Assembly (NCBI RefSeq): GCF_001194135.2
Contig: NC_068990.1
Coordinates: 16,261,937-16,325,936 of the forward strand
Direction of reading: 5' to 3'
DNA from: Octopus bimaculoides
Lineage: Eukaryota
Length of the DNA: 64,000 nucleotides
A program made the translations under genes and the position numbers. The notes below the pieces were generated by a model. It ran no database searches. It saw only the letters and a list, made by a program, of their open reading frames with translations, and was not told the DNA's origin. Position 1 is the first letter of the stretch; each line of letters opens with the position of its first letter. Positions 13,521 to 26,290 of the stretch are shown in pieces.

Positions 13521-15973
13521 ATGTCTCTCTCTCTCTCTCTCTCTCTCTGTGTCCAGTGAGTGACAAGAGATGACAAGCAATATTAGAAAATAGAAGTATA
13601 AGTGCAATTTAATCTTGAGACAGTAATACACACTTGCACGCACTAAACAGGTTTCTTTCAATTTCCATCTCCCAAATCCACTCCCAAAGTTTTGGTCAGC
13701 CTGAGACTATAGTAGAAGACACTTGCCCAAGGATGTGATGCAGTGGGACTGAACCACTAAACCATGTGTTGGGAAGCAAACTTCTCAACTATACAGCCAC
13801 ACAGTCTTTGAAAAAATTTCAGTCATTTTTATTTTGTTTACATGAGTATTGTGTATAGACAAGTTGTTTACATCTCTATACGTAGAGAGTTGGCTAAACA
13901 TGTAAAGATAGCATATAGATATATTCTATAATGTAATCTAGTATAGAAACAAAATACTGCTAATGGATTGGCAATTTATTAATCCTTGATTAATCTTGAG
14001 AAAATATTTAATTTTAAAAGATTTCTTTTCATATTTTATGTTCTATAAACATATCTAATCATGTTAATACAGAAAATATTTTACAGGTGGAAGTATTTTT
14101 CACCTGTGTAGTTCAGTTGGGATTTATTTTCAGCTTAGTGTATATAAACAAGAATAATATGTCTTATTTCATAATATTAAGAAATATGCAAATGACACCA
14201 TTTGACCCTTTTGATACCAACCTGCCTGAGACCATCTCTGGTTCTATGATATAAACTTTCTCTTTTCAAGGTGATCTAAATTAAAACTTTCTATCAAAAT
14301 TTTACTTTAATTTATGTGCCTATCACCGACTTAATAATGACAAAGTTATTCTATTAAATGCTTCATTATTTTCACAATTGAAACAAAGGCAGTGTATCAA
14401 CAAAAATATGGTAACAGAAGGGTTGAGCAGACATTTATTCAAAAGCATCCCAGCCATGACCATCCAGTCATTTTTTTATTACAGTAAATCCCAGACTACA
14501 TCTCCAAAGATGGAATGGTGTTTTTTACCCTTTTAATACCAACCTATCTGAGACCACTCTCGGTTTTAAGATATAAATTTACTGTTTAAAGTAATCTAAA
14601 TTAGAAAATTCCATCAGAATTTCATGTTAATTTATATTCCAAACACCAGTTTTCTAATGACTAAGTTATTTTACTAAGTTCTTTATTATTTTAAAAATCA
14701 ATTAAAACTAAGGCAATGTATTTGAATAAAAATATAATGGAGGGATTAACAATGTGTCTCTTGCATTTACTCTGCAATTTCGTTTATTATTGTTGTAAAT
14801 GATTTTTTATATTTGCATTGCTGTGTAAAGAAAGAAAGGAGATGTTTAATTTTTGTCTGTTAAAGATACACATTTTAGGAACTGGTAGATATTACAGGCC
14901 AACAAAGAAGCCACATAACAAGGAAACCAATGAGGGAGTCCTTATGTAGTCAACTGACCTTCTAAAAATAGTAATCAAATCTTAAAATCATATTGCACCC
15001 TACTGTCTTAAAAGCTGAAGGAAACAATGTATAATATGGGCTGAGATAAACTGTGGCTAAAAAAAAAGATGAGATGGTTTCAGCTGGAATGTCTTTGACC
15101 ATATGACTGCTGGTCCAGAGCTGAGTCACAGCTAAATACAACAGCTTGTGGATACCTCACACAGTGGGCATAAACATTTGCTCACCTCCCGTAAATTACA
15201 GCTTTTTTTTCCTTTACTATAGTTCTGCTGTGTTGATAATATAAGTTTTTCACAGTTGAAATCCTATAACGAAATATTTTCTTTCATCTTTACTTCCTAA
15301 TGTTTTCTAAATATAACACTAAATTGGTGGTGGTAGTCATGGTAAGGTTTCACAGTTGATGGCAAAGTGTATTTTTATTGGTAACCTTCTAAAGCCTTAT
15401 ATTTGTCCAAGCTTCCTGTTGTTCTTCTCCAAAATATGGTATGTAAAGGTAACTGCTTACCTTTTGATACAAACCTGCTTGAAACTGACCCTGATTCTAT
15501 GTTACAAATTCTGTTTTCATTCTTTGATACAAACATTTTGCTTTAAAATTATCTTAACTAAAGCTTTCATCAGAATTTCATGCTAATTTATGTTCCAAGC
15601 ATCACCTTAATATTGACTGGCATTTTACTAAATTTTTTGTTATTTTCATAACTAATTAAAACAAATGGATTTTAATTCAGCAGAAATATGAAAACAAAGG
15701 GGTTTAAATGAAAGAAACTCCACAGGTTCAATGTACAAGATCTGTTTTACTCTTCTCTGAGACCATGTCTCTATCATACAGCATTATGGCTGTTTATAGT
15801 TCAGTTTTGATAATCCAAACTTGTTGCCTACAATATTCACTCTTTGGAATATTTTTATATGAATTGGAGGATTTGGTGGAGATTAATGGGATGCAGAAAA
15901 AGTGGATTTAAATGGAGATTAGGTAATTCAGGATGTATTAAAAATGATTTATAGCTCAACTCAGAGTCTGAGC

Positions 15974-16186
15974 TTATTCCTTTAGCATTTAAACTAGCCA
16001 TATCCTGCTGAAATATTTTATGTTCAAACTGGCCAGATCCAGCCTCTCACATCTACCCTAGAATATCATTCTAAAAATTAACAATGACATCATTGAAATC
16101 TTGAAGCTATGAGATAATGCATGCGTAATTCAAGTCAATATGAATAAATAAGCATTACATTTGGCACAGTAATCTGAATGCTAAAG
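15974..16186 (+). mobile_element. TTAA-ended MITE, family C (piggyBac-like ends)
   Basis: cctttagcattt...ctgaatgctaaag inverted termini; same family as 29730-29957. Confidence 0.75.
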
Positions 16187-16296
16187 CCACAATATATGCT
16201 GTTCAGATTTCAACTTGTACTCCCCAGATATCTTGATGGTCATTAAGACAATTACTTTGTTTCAGCCTATGGTTTAACTGTCTTCCTTATATTTCT

Positions 16297-16509
16297 CTAA
16301 CCATTTAGCATTCAGATTATTCTTTCAAATGTAATGTTTATTTATTCCCATTGTTTTAAGTTAATCATGCATTATTTTGTAGCTTCAAGATTTCAATGAT
16401 GTGATTGTTTATTTTTAGAATGACATTGTAGGTTAGGTGTGACAAGCTGGATCTGGTTGGTTTGAATATAAAGCTCATAGAATATTTGGTTTAAATGCTG
16501 AAGGGTTAA
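16297..16509 (-). mobile_element. TTAA-ended MITE, family C, inverted relative to 15974-16186
   Basis: Its reverse complement aligns along the whole neighbouring copy; ends aatgctgaagggttaa. Confidence 0.75.
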
Positions 16510-16844
16510 TTATGAAATAGACTATATTCTTTGTATTATTTTATCACACTTGTATTAGTTAACATTTTATCTTATTGCCAGTAAAAATAATTAAAAATGG
16601 AATTTAATTAAGTTTTGACTTGTAACTGGGGGAAGTAAACAACAAAACATTGTCTGAGACAGATTTCTCTGGTGTTCTAATGTCTATCAATGTATGGAAG
16701 TAAGTCACCTTCAGCACATAATAAGCCATTTTTACTTCTATTCAGATTTATTAACAAAAATATTTCATTTTATGTGAGAAGCTTATCTCTGCTAAATCAC
16801 TCTTGATATAAAAATATACACACGTGTATGTGTGTATGTATGTG

Positions 16845-16881
<37 letters not shown>

Positions 16882-17446
16882 NNNNNNNNNNNNNNNNNNN
16901 NNNNNNNNNNNNNNNNNNNNNNNNNNNNNNNNNNNNNNNNNNNNNNNNNNNNNNNNNNNNNNNNNNNNNNNNNNNNNNNNNNNNNNNNNNNNNNNNNNNN
17001 NNNNNNNNNNNNNNNNNNNNNNNNNNNNNNNNNNNNNNNNNNNNNNNNNNNNNNNNNNNNNNNNNNNNNNNNNNNNNNNNNNNNNNNNNNNNNNNNNNNN
17101 NNNNNNNNNNNNNNNNNNNNNNNNNNNNNNNNNNNNNNNNNNNNNNNNNNNNNNNNNNNNNNNNNNNNNNNNNNNNNNNNNNNNNNNNNNNNNNNNNNNN
17201 NNNNNNNNNNNNNNNNNNNNNNNNNNNNNNNNNNNNNNNNNNNNNNNNNNNNNNNNNNNNNNNNNNNNNNNNNNNNNNNNNNNNNNNNNNNNNNNNNNNN
17301 NNNNNNNNNNNNNNNNNNNNNNNNNNNNNNNNNNNNNNNNNNNNNNNNNNNNNNNNNNNNNNNNNNNNNNNNNNNNNNNNNNNNNNNNNNNNNNNNNNNN
17401 NNNNNNNNNNNNNNNNNNNNNNNNNNNNNNNNNNNNNNNNNNNNNN
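16882..17446. other. Assembly gap; other gaps at 10213-10222, 19612-19621, 46817-46918 and 56782-57171
   Basis: N runs, each next to a (TA)n microsatellite. Confidence 1.
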
Positions 17447-17681
17447 GCAAAGTAAATTTGTTGGCTAGTTTTATGGCATATTTAGATTTTCAGAATAATC
17501 ATGATAGAGAGAGAAATAATTATCAATGATATAGATGCATGTTTGGCTGTGTGGGTAAGAAGATTGCTTTCCAACCACATGGTTTTGGGTTCAATTTTAG
17601 GTTGACCAATGCTTTGTGTATAGCATTTGGTTGATGAAAATTGTTTGGAATCCTGTTGTATTCATATACATTTGTGAATGT

Positions 17682-17725
<44 letters not shown>

Positions 17726-19569
17726 GTGTATGTGAATGTTTATATATATAACTTTAATCCATTACTGAGCCTAATAAAATATATTTTGCTTCACTGAAGG
17801 CTTTCATGTATGTGGGTGTGTATGCATCATCTCCATGCTGGCATGATGTAACAAGATCTGACAACTCATAAGACTGTGCTATGCTCCAGTGTCTACTTTC
17901 ATATGGTTTCTACAGCTGGATGCCTGACCTAATGCCAACCACTTTTCACATTGAACAGGCTGTTTTTCTCATGGCACTGCCATTAATATGTGCTTGTGCT
18001 GGTGTGTGTGTGTGTGTGTATGATATTATTTGAGATTTAAGTTTTTCCATTACAGAGTAAAAATTGGTTTGAATTGACAAGGCTCTTTTAAGTCTTGACA
18101 GCCCTTGAGAGTTTGTAGTTTTCTGAATTTATCTGTGTGTGTGTGCCTGTGTATAAACTTGTACTCATACAGTGAGTGTGCATCTCATTTTAATACACAG
18201 TTTGTGTGTGCGTGCTTCTTTTGTATTAATCTATATGTAATGCAATTGTCTTCAATCCAGAATCTTCAAATAGAGAATCCTTGAAATGTTTTATACATTT
18301 TCACTACCACTTATTGATTGATTATATTTGGGGAATGCAAATCATTTTCCTCTGTTCTTTTTTTAGAGGACCCTGATATTTAAACATTTTTCTCAAGATC
18401 TCTTGTTATGTAGCTCATTGCTGACAGGGCTATAGCTATGATAATAATTACAAATGAAAACTCTATAGTCTGGATATAAGAATTGTAGGTTTCTCATTAG
18501 TTCTTCATTGCTGTTCTATATATGTATATATGCAAATATATAAATGATGTCAAGCCAAATAATAATATTTTGAAATTATTTAATAAAAGTCCTTGATATA
18601 GGACTTTGCATTGCACAAAAGTGACTACACCATCTTTATCTGTTGAAATCTGGACTTCTCATGAGAGCTCTGGAAATCTCAATAGCATGAGCACAGGTTC
18701 AAAGTGAAGATTTATGTATATGTAAGGGTGTGTGTGTGTGTGATCATCGTTTTAACTTCCATTTTCCATGTCTGCATGAAGTAGACAAAGTTCACTGTGG
18801 CAGCTTTTGTATCATTGGCTGCCTCTTTCTGCTACTAACCCTCGCCTATTTTCAAGTAAGGTGATATTTTCCCAAGTATTTTGTTAAACACAAACAGCAT
18901 AATGACCAGATATGATTACACAGTAGATTGCTAATGAACATCACTCTGTTTGTATGATGGCAATGTGATGGTGTTTTTTAATCACTAGCATGTAATGTCA
19001 AGGCAAGACAAACGCATATACACATACCCATTCACACACACACACATTTCTAACCACCAAAGTCACCCACAATGCTTTGATTGACTCTAAGCTAGAGGAG
19101 AGGACACTTGTCCAAAGTACTGCACAGTGATACTGAACTGAAGACCAGCTGGTTGCAAAGTGAGTTTCTTAACCACATAGCCAATCCTACAGTTGTTATT
19201 TAATAATTTTTAATATTGTCTGCTTATCCATTTGTCCAAATAAAAAGAGGGTCAAAGCCCATAGTTTATTATTAGAAAGGGAGCTGAGCCAAATACAGAA
19301 GTGAAGAGAACTGTAATGGGGAAAATGCATTGAATGTAGGGATTGATAAGAGGAGGAGACAAGGCATAGGTATTTAGTGGATTTAAGACAGGAGTATGTG
19401 TATATACTTAGATGGATTGGAAGACACCATCTCACTCACATTTCATTCTTTAATGTTGTTTCTTTGGCTGGATGCCCTTCCTAACATGAACCACTCTTTA
19501 GGGTGTACTGGTGCTTTTTTATTTTCATGGAAAATGTAAAGGGTACATATGTATGCAGGAACATGCATA

Positions 19570-19611
<42 letters not shown>

Positions 19612-20448
19612 NNNNNNNNNNGTGTATGTGGGAAGGTATAAGTGTCATCAAAGGAATTAAAAAGCAGTTAAAAGTAAAAGAAAACAGTGATTTTTAAAAT
19701 CTATTTCTTTATGAGATTTTTTTTTTCATTGAGTTACAGTCCCTGCATTGTTCCACCTTTCATCAGAAATACTGTAAACGAGTAATTGGCTTTTTTTAAA
19801 ATCTTGTAACCAATGACAGACATTATTGTTTGCCAGTGCAGTATAGAATGGAAAATAGCACAATTGCAAATTCATTGATTTAAAAAAAATATATATTTTC
19901 TTCTCTAAAATACTCAATATTGAACATTTGCTATTCCCATAATTATAATAAAAATTGCCTTTTCTGCAATTTACTTACATTATTGCACATCTAGGCAGAA
20001 ACTATTATAACAATGTAAAAACAAGTATTTTTTCTTCTTTTTCTTGGACATCTGTTGTTGGTTTCCATTTAAGAAGAAAAGTTGTGGTAGTGGCTTACAG
20101 TGGAGATCTCGAGCCATGTGTTGTATGACTCAATGTTTTAACAGTACTTCAGTAGCAAAATTACCAACAATTCAAGGCTCTAGAACCCTGAAATGACTCA
20201 GAGCCTAATGTCTCCTCATATCTTTCCTTCTGAAAATATTTTGACTACACCCAACAAATTCTATATATCTATTTATGGGGATTATCTTTACTTTCACCAA
20301 CTACAAATTTCTGTGAAATACTGGTATGAAAATGTTAATAGGCTATATCTGTATTAATTTAATATATATTAATATGCTACATCTGTATTAATTTGATATA
20401 TATATTAATATGCTACATGAATATACTACATCTGTATTAATTTAATTT

Positions 20449-20920
20449 CGTACATTGGGCCTCACCGAGGCGATGACTACGGACCGAGACCTTTGGAAAT
20501 GTGCTGTGCGTGAGAAGACCCGGCAAGCCAAGTAAGATCGTTGCCAGTGCCCCTGGACTGGTTCTTGTGCGGGTGGCACATGAGATGCACCATTTTGAGC
20601 GTGGCCGTTGCCAGTACTGCCTGACTGGCTCCTGTAGGATTTTCGAGCGAGATCGTTGCCAGTGCCCCTGGACTGGCTTGTGCGGGTGGCACATAAAAGA
20701 CACCATTTCGAGCGTGGCTGTTTTCGTGCGGGTGACACGTAAAAGCACCCACTACACTCTCTGAGTGGTTGGCGTTAGGAAGGGCATCCAGCTGTAGAAA
20801 CTCTGCCAAATCAGACTGGAGCCTGGTGTTGCCATCCGGTTTCACCAGTCCTCAGTCAAATCGTCCAACCCATGCTAGCATGGAAAGCGGACGTTAAACG
20901 ATGATGATGATGATGATGAT
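20449..20920 (+). mobile_element. Young, 5'-truncated RTE-like LINE: last RT codons, 3' UTR and (GAT)n tail
   Basis: RTLGLTEAMTTDRDLWKCAVREKTRQAK* at 20449-20535 resembles RTE RT C-termini (...DRD.W+..V). CpG-rich. UTR has an internal duplication (20535-20581 vs 20650-20694). Ends gttaaacgatgatgatgat. Confidence 0.75.
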
Positions 20921-21819
20921 ATGCTACATTGATATTCTGTATTCTATCTAATAATGTCAAAAATGCAAAATGAAGATCTATATACCTCTATTAATATATT
21001 CACAATATCTGAATTTAATATCAAAAGTGTATAAATAAAAATATATACTATATCAATAAGTCAGCAAGCTGGCAGAATTGTTAGCATGCTGGGTGAAATG
21101 CTTAGCAACATTTCATCTGTATTTATCCGAGTTCAAATTCCACCGAGATTGACTTTGCTTTTCATCTTTTTGGGGTCAACAAAATAAATACTAATTGAGC
21201 ACTGGGGCTGATATAATCAACCCCCCTCTCCACTGCCACTGAACCTACAGGCTTTATGCTAAAATTAATATATCATATATCCTCTTCTGTATTCTTAAAA
21301 CAAAATGAGAATTGTATATCTCTTAATGTACAATATCTTTATTTAAAATCAAACCTTCATGTATTTTTTCGAGATACTGTATCTGTAATACAGTATATAC
21401 TATGTCCTTTGCTATATTCTTAAATATGGAAAACAAATGTAAATTGATGTACATTTATTAATATACTCAGAATATCTTCATTTAAAAACAAACCTTCATA
21501 TATTTTTGTTTGCAATATCTGTATTAATATAGTATATATTAATATATTAATGTATCTTAAATATTAAAACAAGAATATGAAAATTGATGTACATTGTCAC
21601 ATCTTAATTTAAAAATCAGACCTTCATGTTTTTTGAGATAATACATTAAATGATTAAGAGTTAGTGAATACAAATATGAAGATTTTATGAAAGTCTTCAT
21701 GTTGCCTGGTTAAATTACTTTGCTTACTACATGTTAATATATTCCAAGGTGGTCGTATTTCCCCAAGAATCTTTAGCAAATGGTTGCTGAGAAAATTTTT
21801 TTACTTCAAAATCTTTTAC

Positions 21820-22250
21820 TATGATGCCTGATCAAAAAGTATCAGGACTGTTGTTATGGTAACAGAGCTAAAGTACTCAGAGTGAAGCTTGCTTGGTACA
21901 AATTGACCTTGAAATCTGTTGTGCATGCACACTAAGTTATAATTTCTTACTCAGTTCTGTTGTTTATAGCAGTGCTTGGAAGTAAAGTGTGTATAGTGTG
22001 GTTATCTCAAAAATAAGACTGAGTTTCAGCTGTGCAAAAGCTTCTTGATTGTGTCAAGGAAGAGGACATATTTTCGAAAATGGTTTTAACAAGTGACAAA
22101 TTGTGAGTCTATGGCTATGACCCTGAAACCAATGCTCAGTCTTCATAATGCAAGACACCAACAAGAAAAAGGCACTCAGCACATTTAGTGTTACATGTAT
22201 TATTATTTTAAAAAGTTTGATTTGGCTCCATGTGACTTAAAGCTTGTGGG
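21820..22250 (+). mobile_element. Internally deleted mariner remnant
   Basis: TIR-like tatgatgcctgatcaaaaagtatcaggactg. Decayed VLTSDK..VYGYDPETNAQSS (cf. ITGDETWVYGYDPETK.QS) and DLAPCD. Confidence 0.7.
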
Positions 22251-23436
22251 CTTCTTGGAGAAACCCATCTTGTTCAAGCGTAGGTTTCTGAATTTGGTAA
22301 ATAGCTTAGTAACTGGTGGTTTACGAGTACTGTGGAGAAACTGTGCTGAAGAAGTGACAATATTTAACCCATTTTAATATCAACCCACCTAAGACCATCC
22401 TTGGTTCTGTGATACGCATTTTCTGTTTTAAAGTGATTTAAATTAAAACTGTCCTTCAAAATTTCATGTTAATTTGTATTCCAAATATCAGGTTAATAAC
22501 CAAAAAATATTAGTCTATGATATTCTTCATCTTTTTAAAAAATTAAACTGAAACAAAGGTTGAGTAATGCAGTTTTATATTTTTGAGATGAGGAATTATA
22601 TTATGTATACTGTTTATGTGAGTGAGACTGGTGTCCTCATCTTCATTGTTGCTTTCACTACATTTCAGCTATTGTATGCTCCAGCCTTGTTCAGGTGTCT
22701 TCTGCTATACTCAGTTGTTGTATTGGAATTTTGAGCCTAACCTTTTATTTAACCCAGGGTGCACACTGTTCTCATTCTACTCTTTGCGTTTTGTGGCATT
22801 TTTGCTTCAGTTGATTTTTTATGGAGTGTACAACAGGGAAAAGCAACAATCAAGATGACACCAGTCTGACTAATATAAACATAAAAGCAGAGTGTTTCTA
22901 TAGAAATTTAGTACTGAAAAGTATAAGCAGACTTATATTCAAAGACATCCCAGCCATGACCATCCAGTCATTTTATAGTTAACCACAGTAAATCCCAGAC
23001 TACATCTTCCAATGATGGTAGGGTGTGATTTAATCCTTTACATATCAACCCATCTGAGACCACTTCTGGTTCTATGATGCAACCTTTTTGTTTTAAAGAG
23101 GTCTAAATTCAATTTCTTCCATTAAAATCTCATTTTAATTAATGTTCCAAACACCAAGTTAACCACAGAGTATTTGACTAAGCCTCTTCATTATTTTCAA
23201 AATAGTAAAAACAGCAACAGAAATATGGTAACAAAAGAGTCAAGATATTCATTATGTGGTGGATGGTAGTGACTTGCTTATTCAGCACAATAATTATTCT
23301 CTAAATTAGATTAAGGTGGTTTAGGCTGGTGTGGCAAAAGGAATATTAAAAAATACTGTTATCTTTTATTGCAGCATTTGCTTTCTCTTAACAATTGTCT
23401 TTAAGAAGTCTCCATTTCTAAATGGCTTTTTTCTAG

Positions 23437-23597
23437 GATATTCGTAAACATTTGAAAAAACAGAAACCTTCTGAAACGGTAGCACCACCAGTTCCTGTCG
23501 ACCGCATGTTCTATCCTAGCACTGGAAGCTACGACAGAGTTGGGAGTGGGGCCTGTGACTGTAGCAGGACACAAACAGGTATCAACACGGCTAACAG
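23437..23597 (+). CDS. Sulf1: Sulf exon B: DIRKHLKKQKPSETVAPPVPVDRMFYPSTGSYDRVGSGACDCSRTQTGINTAN
   Basis: Acceptor ggcttttttctag, donor CAG|gtgagc; 161 nt, phase 0 to 2. DIRKHLKKQKP...CDC matches SULF1 EVRGHLKRRKPEECSC and continues exon A in frame. Confidence 0.9.
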
Positions 23598-24779
23598 GTG
23601 AGCATGTCTTATCTTGATTAACTGACAGCAATGGATTAGCAATAATGGTAGCATGGTAGACTACAAATAGGTGTGTGTGTGTGTGTGATTGAGTAATACA
23701 GATATATATATATATATATATATATGTAATAACACACATATATGCATTATGTATATCTCATAAGTTAAATAGCAATCTTAGTGTGTAGATAGGAATTCCT
23801 ATATGAGTACACCCAAAGAACTTAAGTCATTGTTCAGTGTAAGATATTTGGTCAAGCGTAGTCCAAGCTGTTGCCACTTTCTTTTCTAATCTTCAGGTTG
23901 TCCTTAATTATTCCTCAGGATGACTGGCAGTAAGTAGCAAAGGTTCAGTGAAAAAAAAACCTCTTCATTTGTATGATTTTGCTTGGAAGGGGCAGTAATC
24001 TGGCAGTATTAAATGTAAGTTTTGCCCCCTGGATTGTCAGCAATTATTCAGGTTAAAAGAAATTTTAATTAAGAAAAGTAATTTTAAGCATGTATATGCT
24101 TTGTTGTGGTAAATTATTCAGATTATTTGTTGGTGTGTAAGTTGTTGCAAGTGGTTAGGATGGTTACGTAGATTTTTTATCAACATCTTTACATGCATCT
24201 ACATGTATAAAGGTGTTGATATGGACATTGCATATATTTTGTGGGAATCGTGAAGTGTAAATTGTCAGTTCTTTTAATGGAGAGAGAAAGAAAGTAGTTT
24301 GATTTATTGGCATGGTGATTGGTGCAGTTATTAGCTTGGTTTAGGTAGTATCTTCCAGTTGGACAGGAAAAATTTGTCTTTATTGGTACATTTGGTGAAT
24401 ATCTCTTTTCTTTAGTTAGCTCTTGTGGTTCTTCACCTTTGTTCTGTGTATGCTATTTACATAAACTCCATTTTTTTATCCATTCATGGATGCTGTAATT
24501 GATGTTGCCTCTCAGTTTCTACATGTAGAATCTGGAAGATTGATCTCAAAATGTGGAGTTGACAAAGACTGAGATAACTGGCATTTCATTATGTTTGATA
24601 ACATTTGTCCATAATGGCAAAAGTGAGGTCTTAAAAGTATTAGGTTTATGTCTATACTCTCACTCAATCCCCCCAGCATCCACTCTGTTCCCCTTCTCTC
24701 ATCTTCCTGCATCCATCGCTCTGTTATGCTTCTAACAATGACTCTATTCAACTGCTGTGATCATATGAAAGCAGAATCT

Positions 24780-25190
24780 ACACATATTTCTTCCCCTTGG
24801 CACTACTAGTTACCTTCCCATCCTAATATTTATTACTGGTAACTCCTCTACCCTTGTACGTCATTCAGTGCATTCACCTCTACTCCAACTGTCACCAAAC
24901 CACCTGTCACTCTCTTCTCACACTGTTATGAACTTATCTCTCCTTACCTTCCTATCTTCAATCTATATTCTCTCTTATACACATCTTCTTGTACATTGAG
25001 AGTATGCTCTGACATCTTAACATCAACATTATTATCTTCTCAGCTATTCCCATCCATTCCTTTATAATGCAAGGTAACCATGTATCTCTTCCATATTAAG
25101 ACACTTGTGCCTGTCCTTCTAATTTACTTTAGCTGCTCAACACTAAGCATAATGCCGCCTCACCTAGTGTATTCATAAAAAAATTGTGCA
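24780..25190. repeat. Old pyrimidine-rich dispersed repeat, related to 58880-59210
   Basis: tgtatctcttccatattaagacacttgtgcctgtccttctaatttactttagc (near 25081) resembles tgtatttcctctgtaacaagacccctgtgcttgtccttcagtcatactttagc (near 59063). Class undetermined. Confidence 0.5.
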
Positions 25191-25961
25191 CATTTCTGAA
25201 TTGCTGTGTTCTGCGCATATGGCAACAATAATTGAATGTCTTTTCATTTCTTGCATTAACATTTTATCTGCCATGAGGGATCTGAAAGAAATACAAGCCT
25301 TTTGATTAGTTTGAAGAGGGCAATGTACTGATAATTGTGTCCTCAAATACCCATTACACTATATTTATAAAAACTTTTTTCCATTTCTTTTTACACCCAT
25401 TTTTTCATGATTGCATCAGTTGGATGAATATGTTACATGAAGTATTGTTTACAGCTGGATACCTTTCTTGTTGCTAACCTTTACCTATTTTTCAAGTGTT
25501 AGCAACTCCTTTTCCATGCAGCTTCAAATGCACAAAGTGACTAGGTGATTTGTTCAAAGAAACCAACAACAACACTGCCTGCTGCTTATTTATGCAAGTG
25601 ATTGCAGGTGTAAACAAGTAGATGACACACATGCATGTACACACACACACACACACACCAGTCATCCAAAGTTTTGTTCAACTCAGAGCTATTAAAGAGA
25701 CTTACCCAATGTGGGACTGAACTTGTGGCCATGCTGTGACACAGCTATGTATGTATTTGTGTGTGTACGATGAAGTATATAAAAAAAATATACATGCATC
25801 TGAAAAACTCTGTGAATATGATCTTTACAAAATACATTAATAAAATTTTTGCAGCAACTCGTGTTTCATGACTGAACAAAATTTTATACATTTGTGAGTC
25901 ATAAAGATTGTTTTCATCATCAGCATTTATCATTCTGCAATGATATGACACTAGTTATATA

Positions 25962-25994
<33 letters not shown>

Positions 25995-26111
25995 GCATAG
26001 TCGTTTACATATTATGTATATGTGAGTGAAGGAAGAGAGAGAATTATACATTAATACATATTGTGCTATTTTCAGGAAGTTAACTACACCAAAATTTAAC
26101 ACTTTGTTTAG

Positions 26112-26290
26112 TACAAATCAACCAATTCTACCATGGAAGCGTCCACGGTATCGCAAGAAGATATTGAAGCGTAAATTTAAGCGTAAGTTTAAGCGTAACC
26201 GGAAAGACAGTAAACATGAATGCCGTGTTCCGAATATGAAATGTTTTACACATGACAACGATCACTGGAAAACCCCACCTTACTGGAACT
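26112..26290 (+). CDS. Sulf1: Sulf exon C (basic cluster plus Cys/DNDHW module): (S)[59 protein letters not shown]
   Basis: Acceptor actttgtttag (an in-frame alternative acceptor at 26076 is also possible), donor ACT|gtaagt; phase 2 to 1. Matches SULF1 [41 protein letters not shown]. Confidence 0.92.

Noticed and set aside
20437-20845. Four overlapping 87-122 aa ORFs
   Set aside because: They fall in the GC-rich duplicated 3' UTR of the RTE-like insertion.
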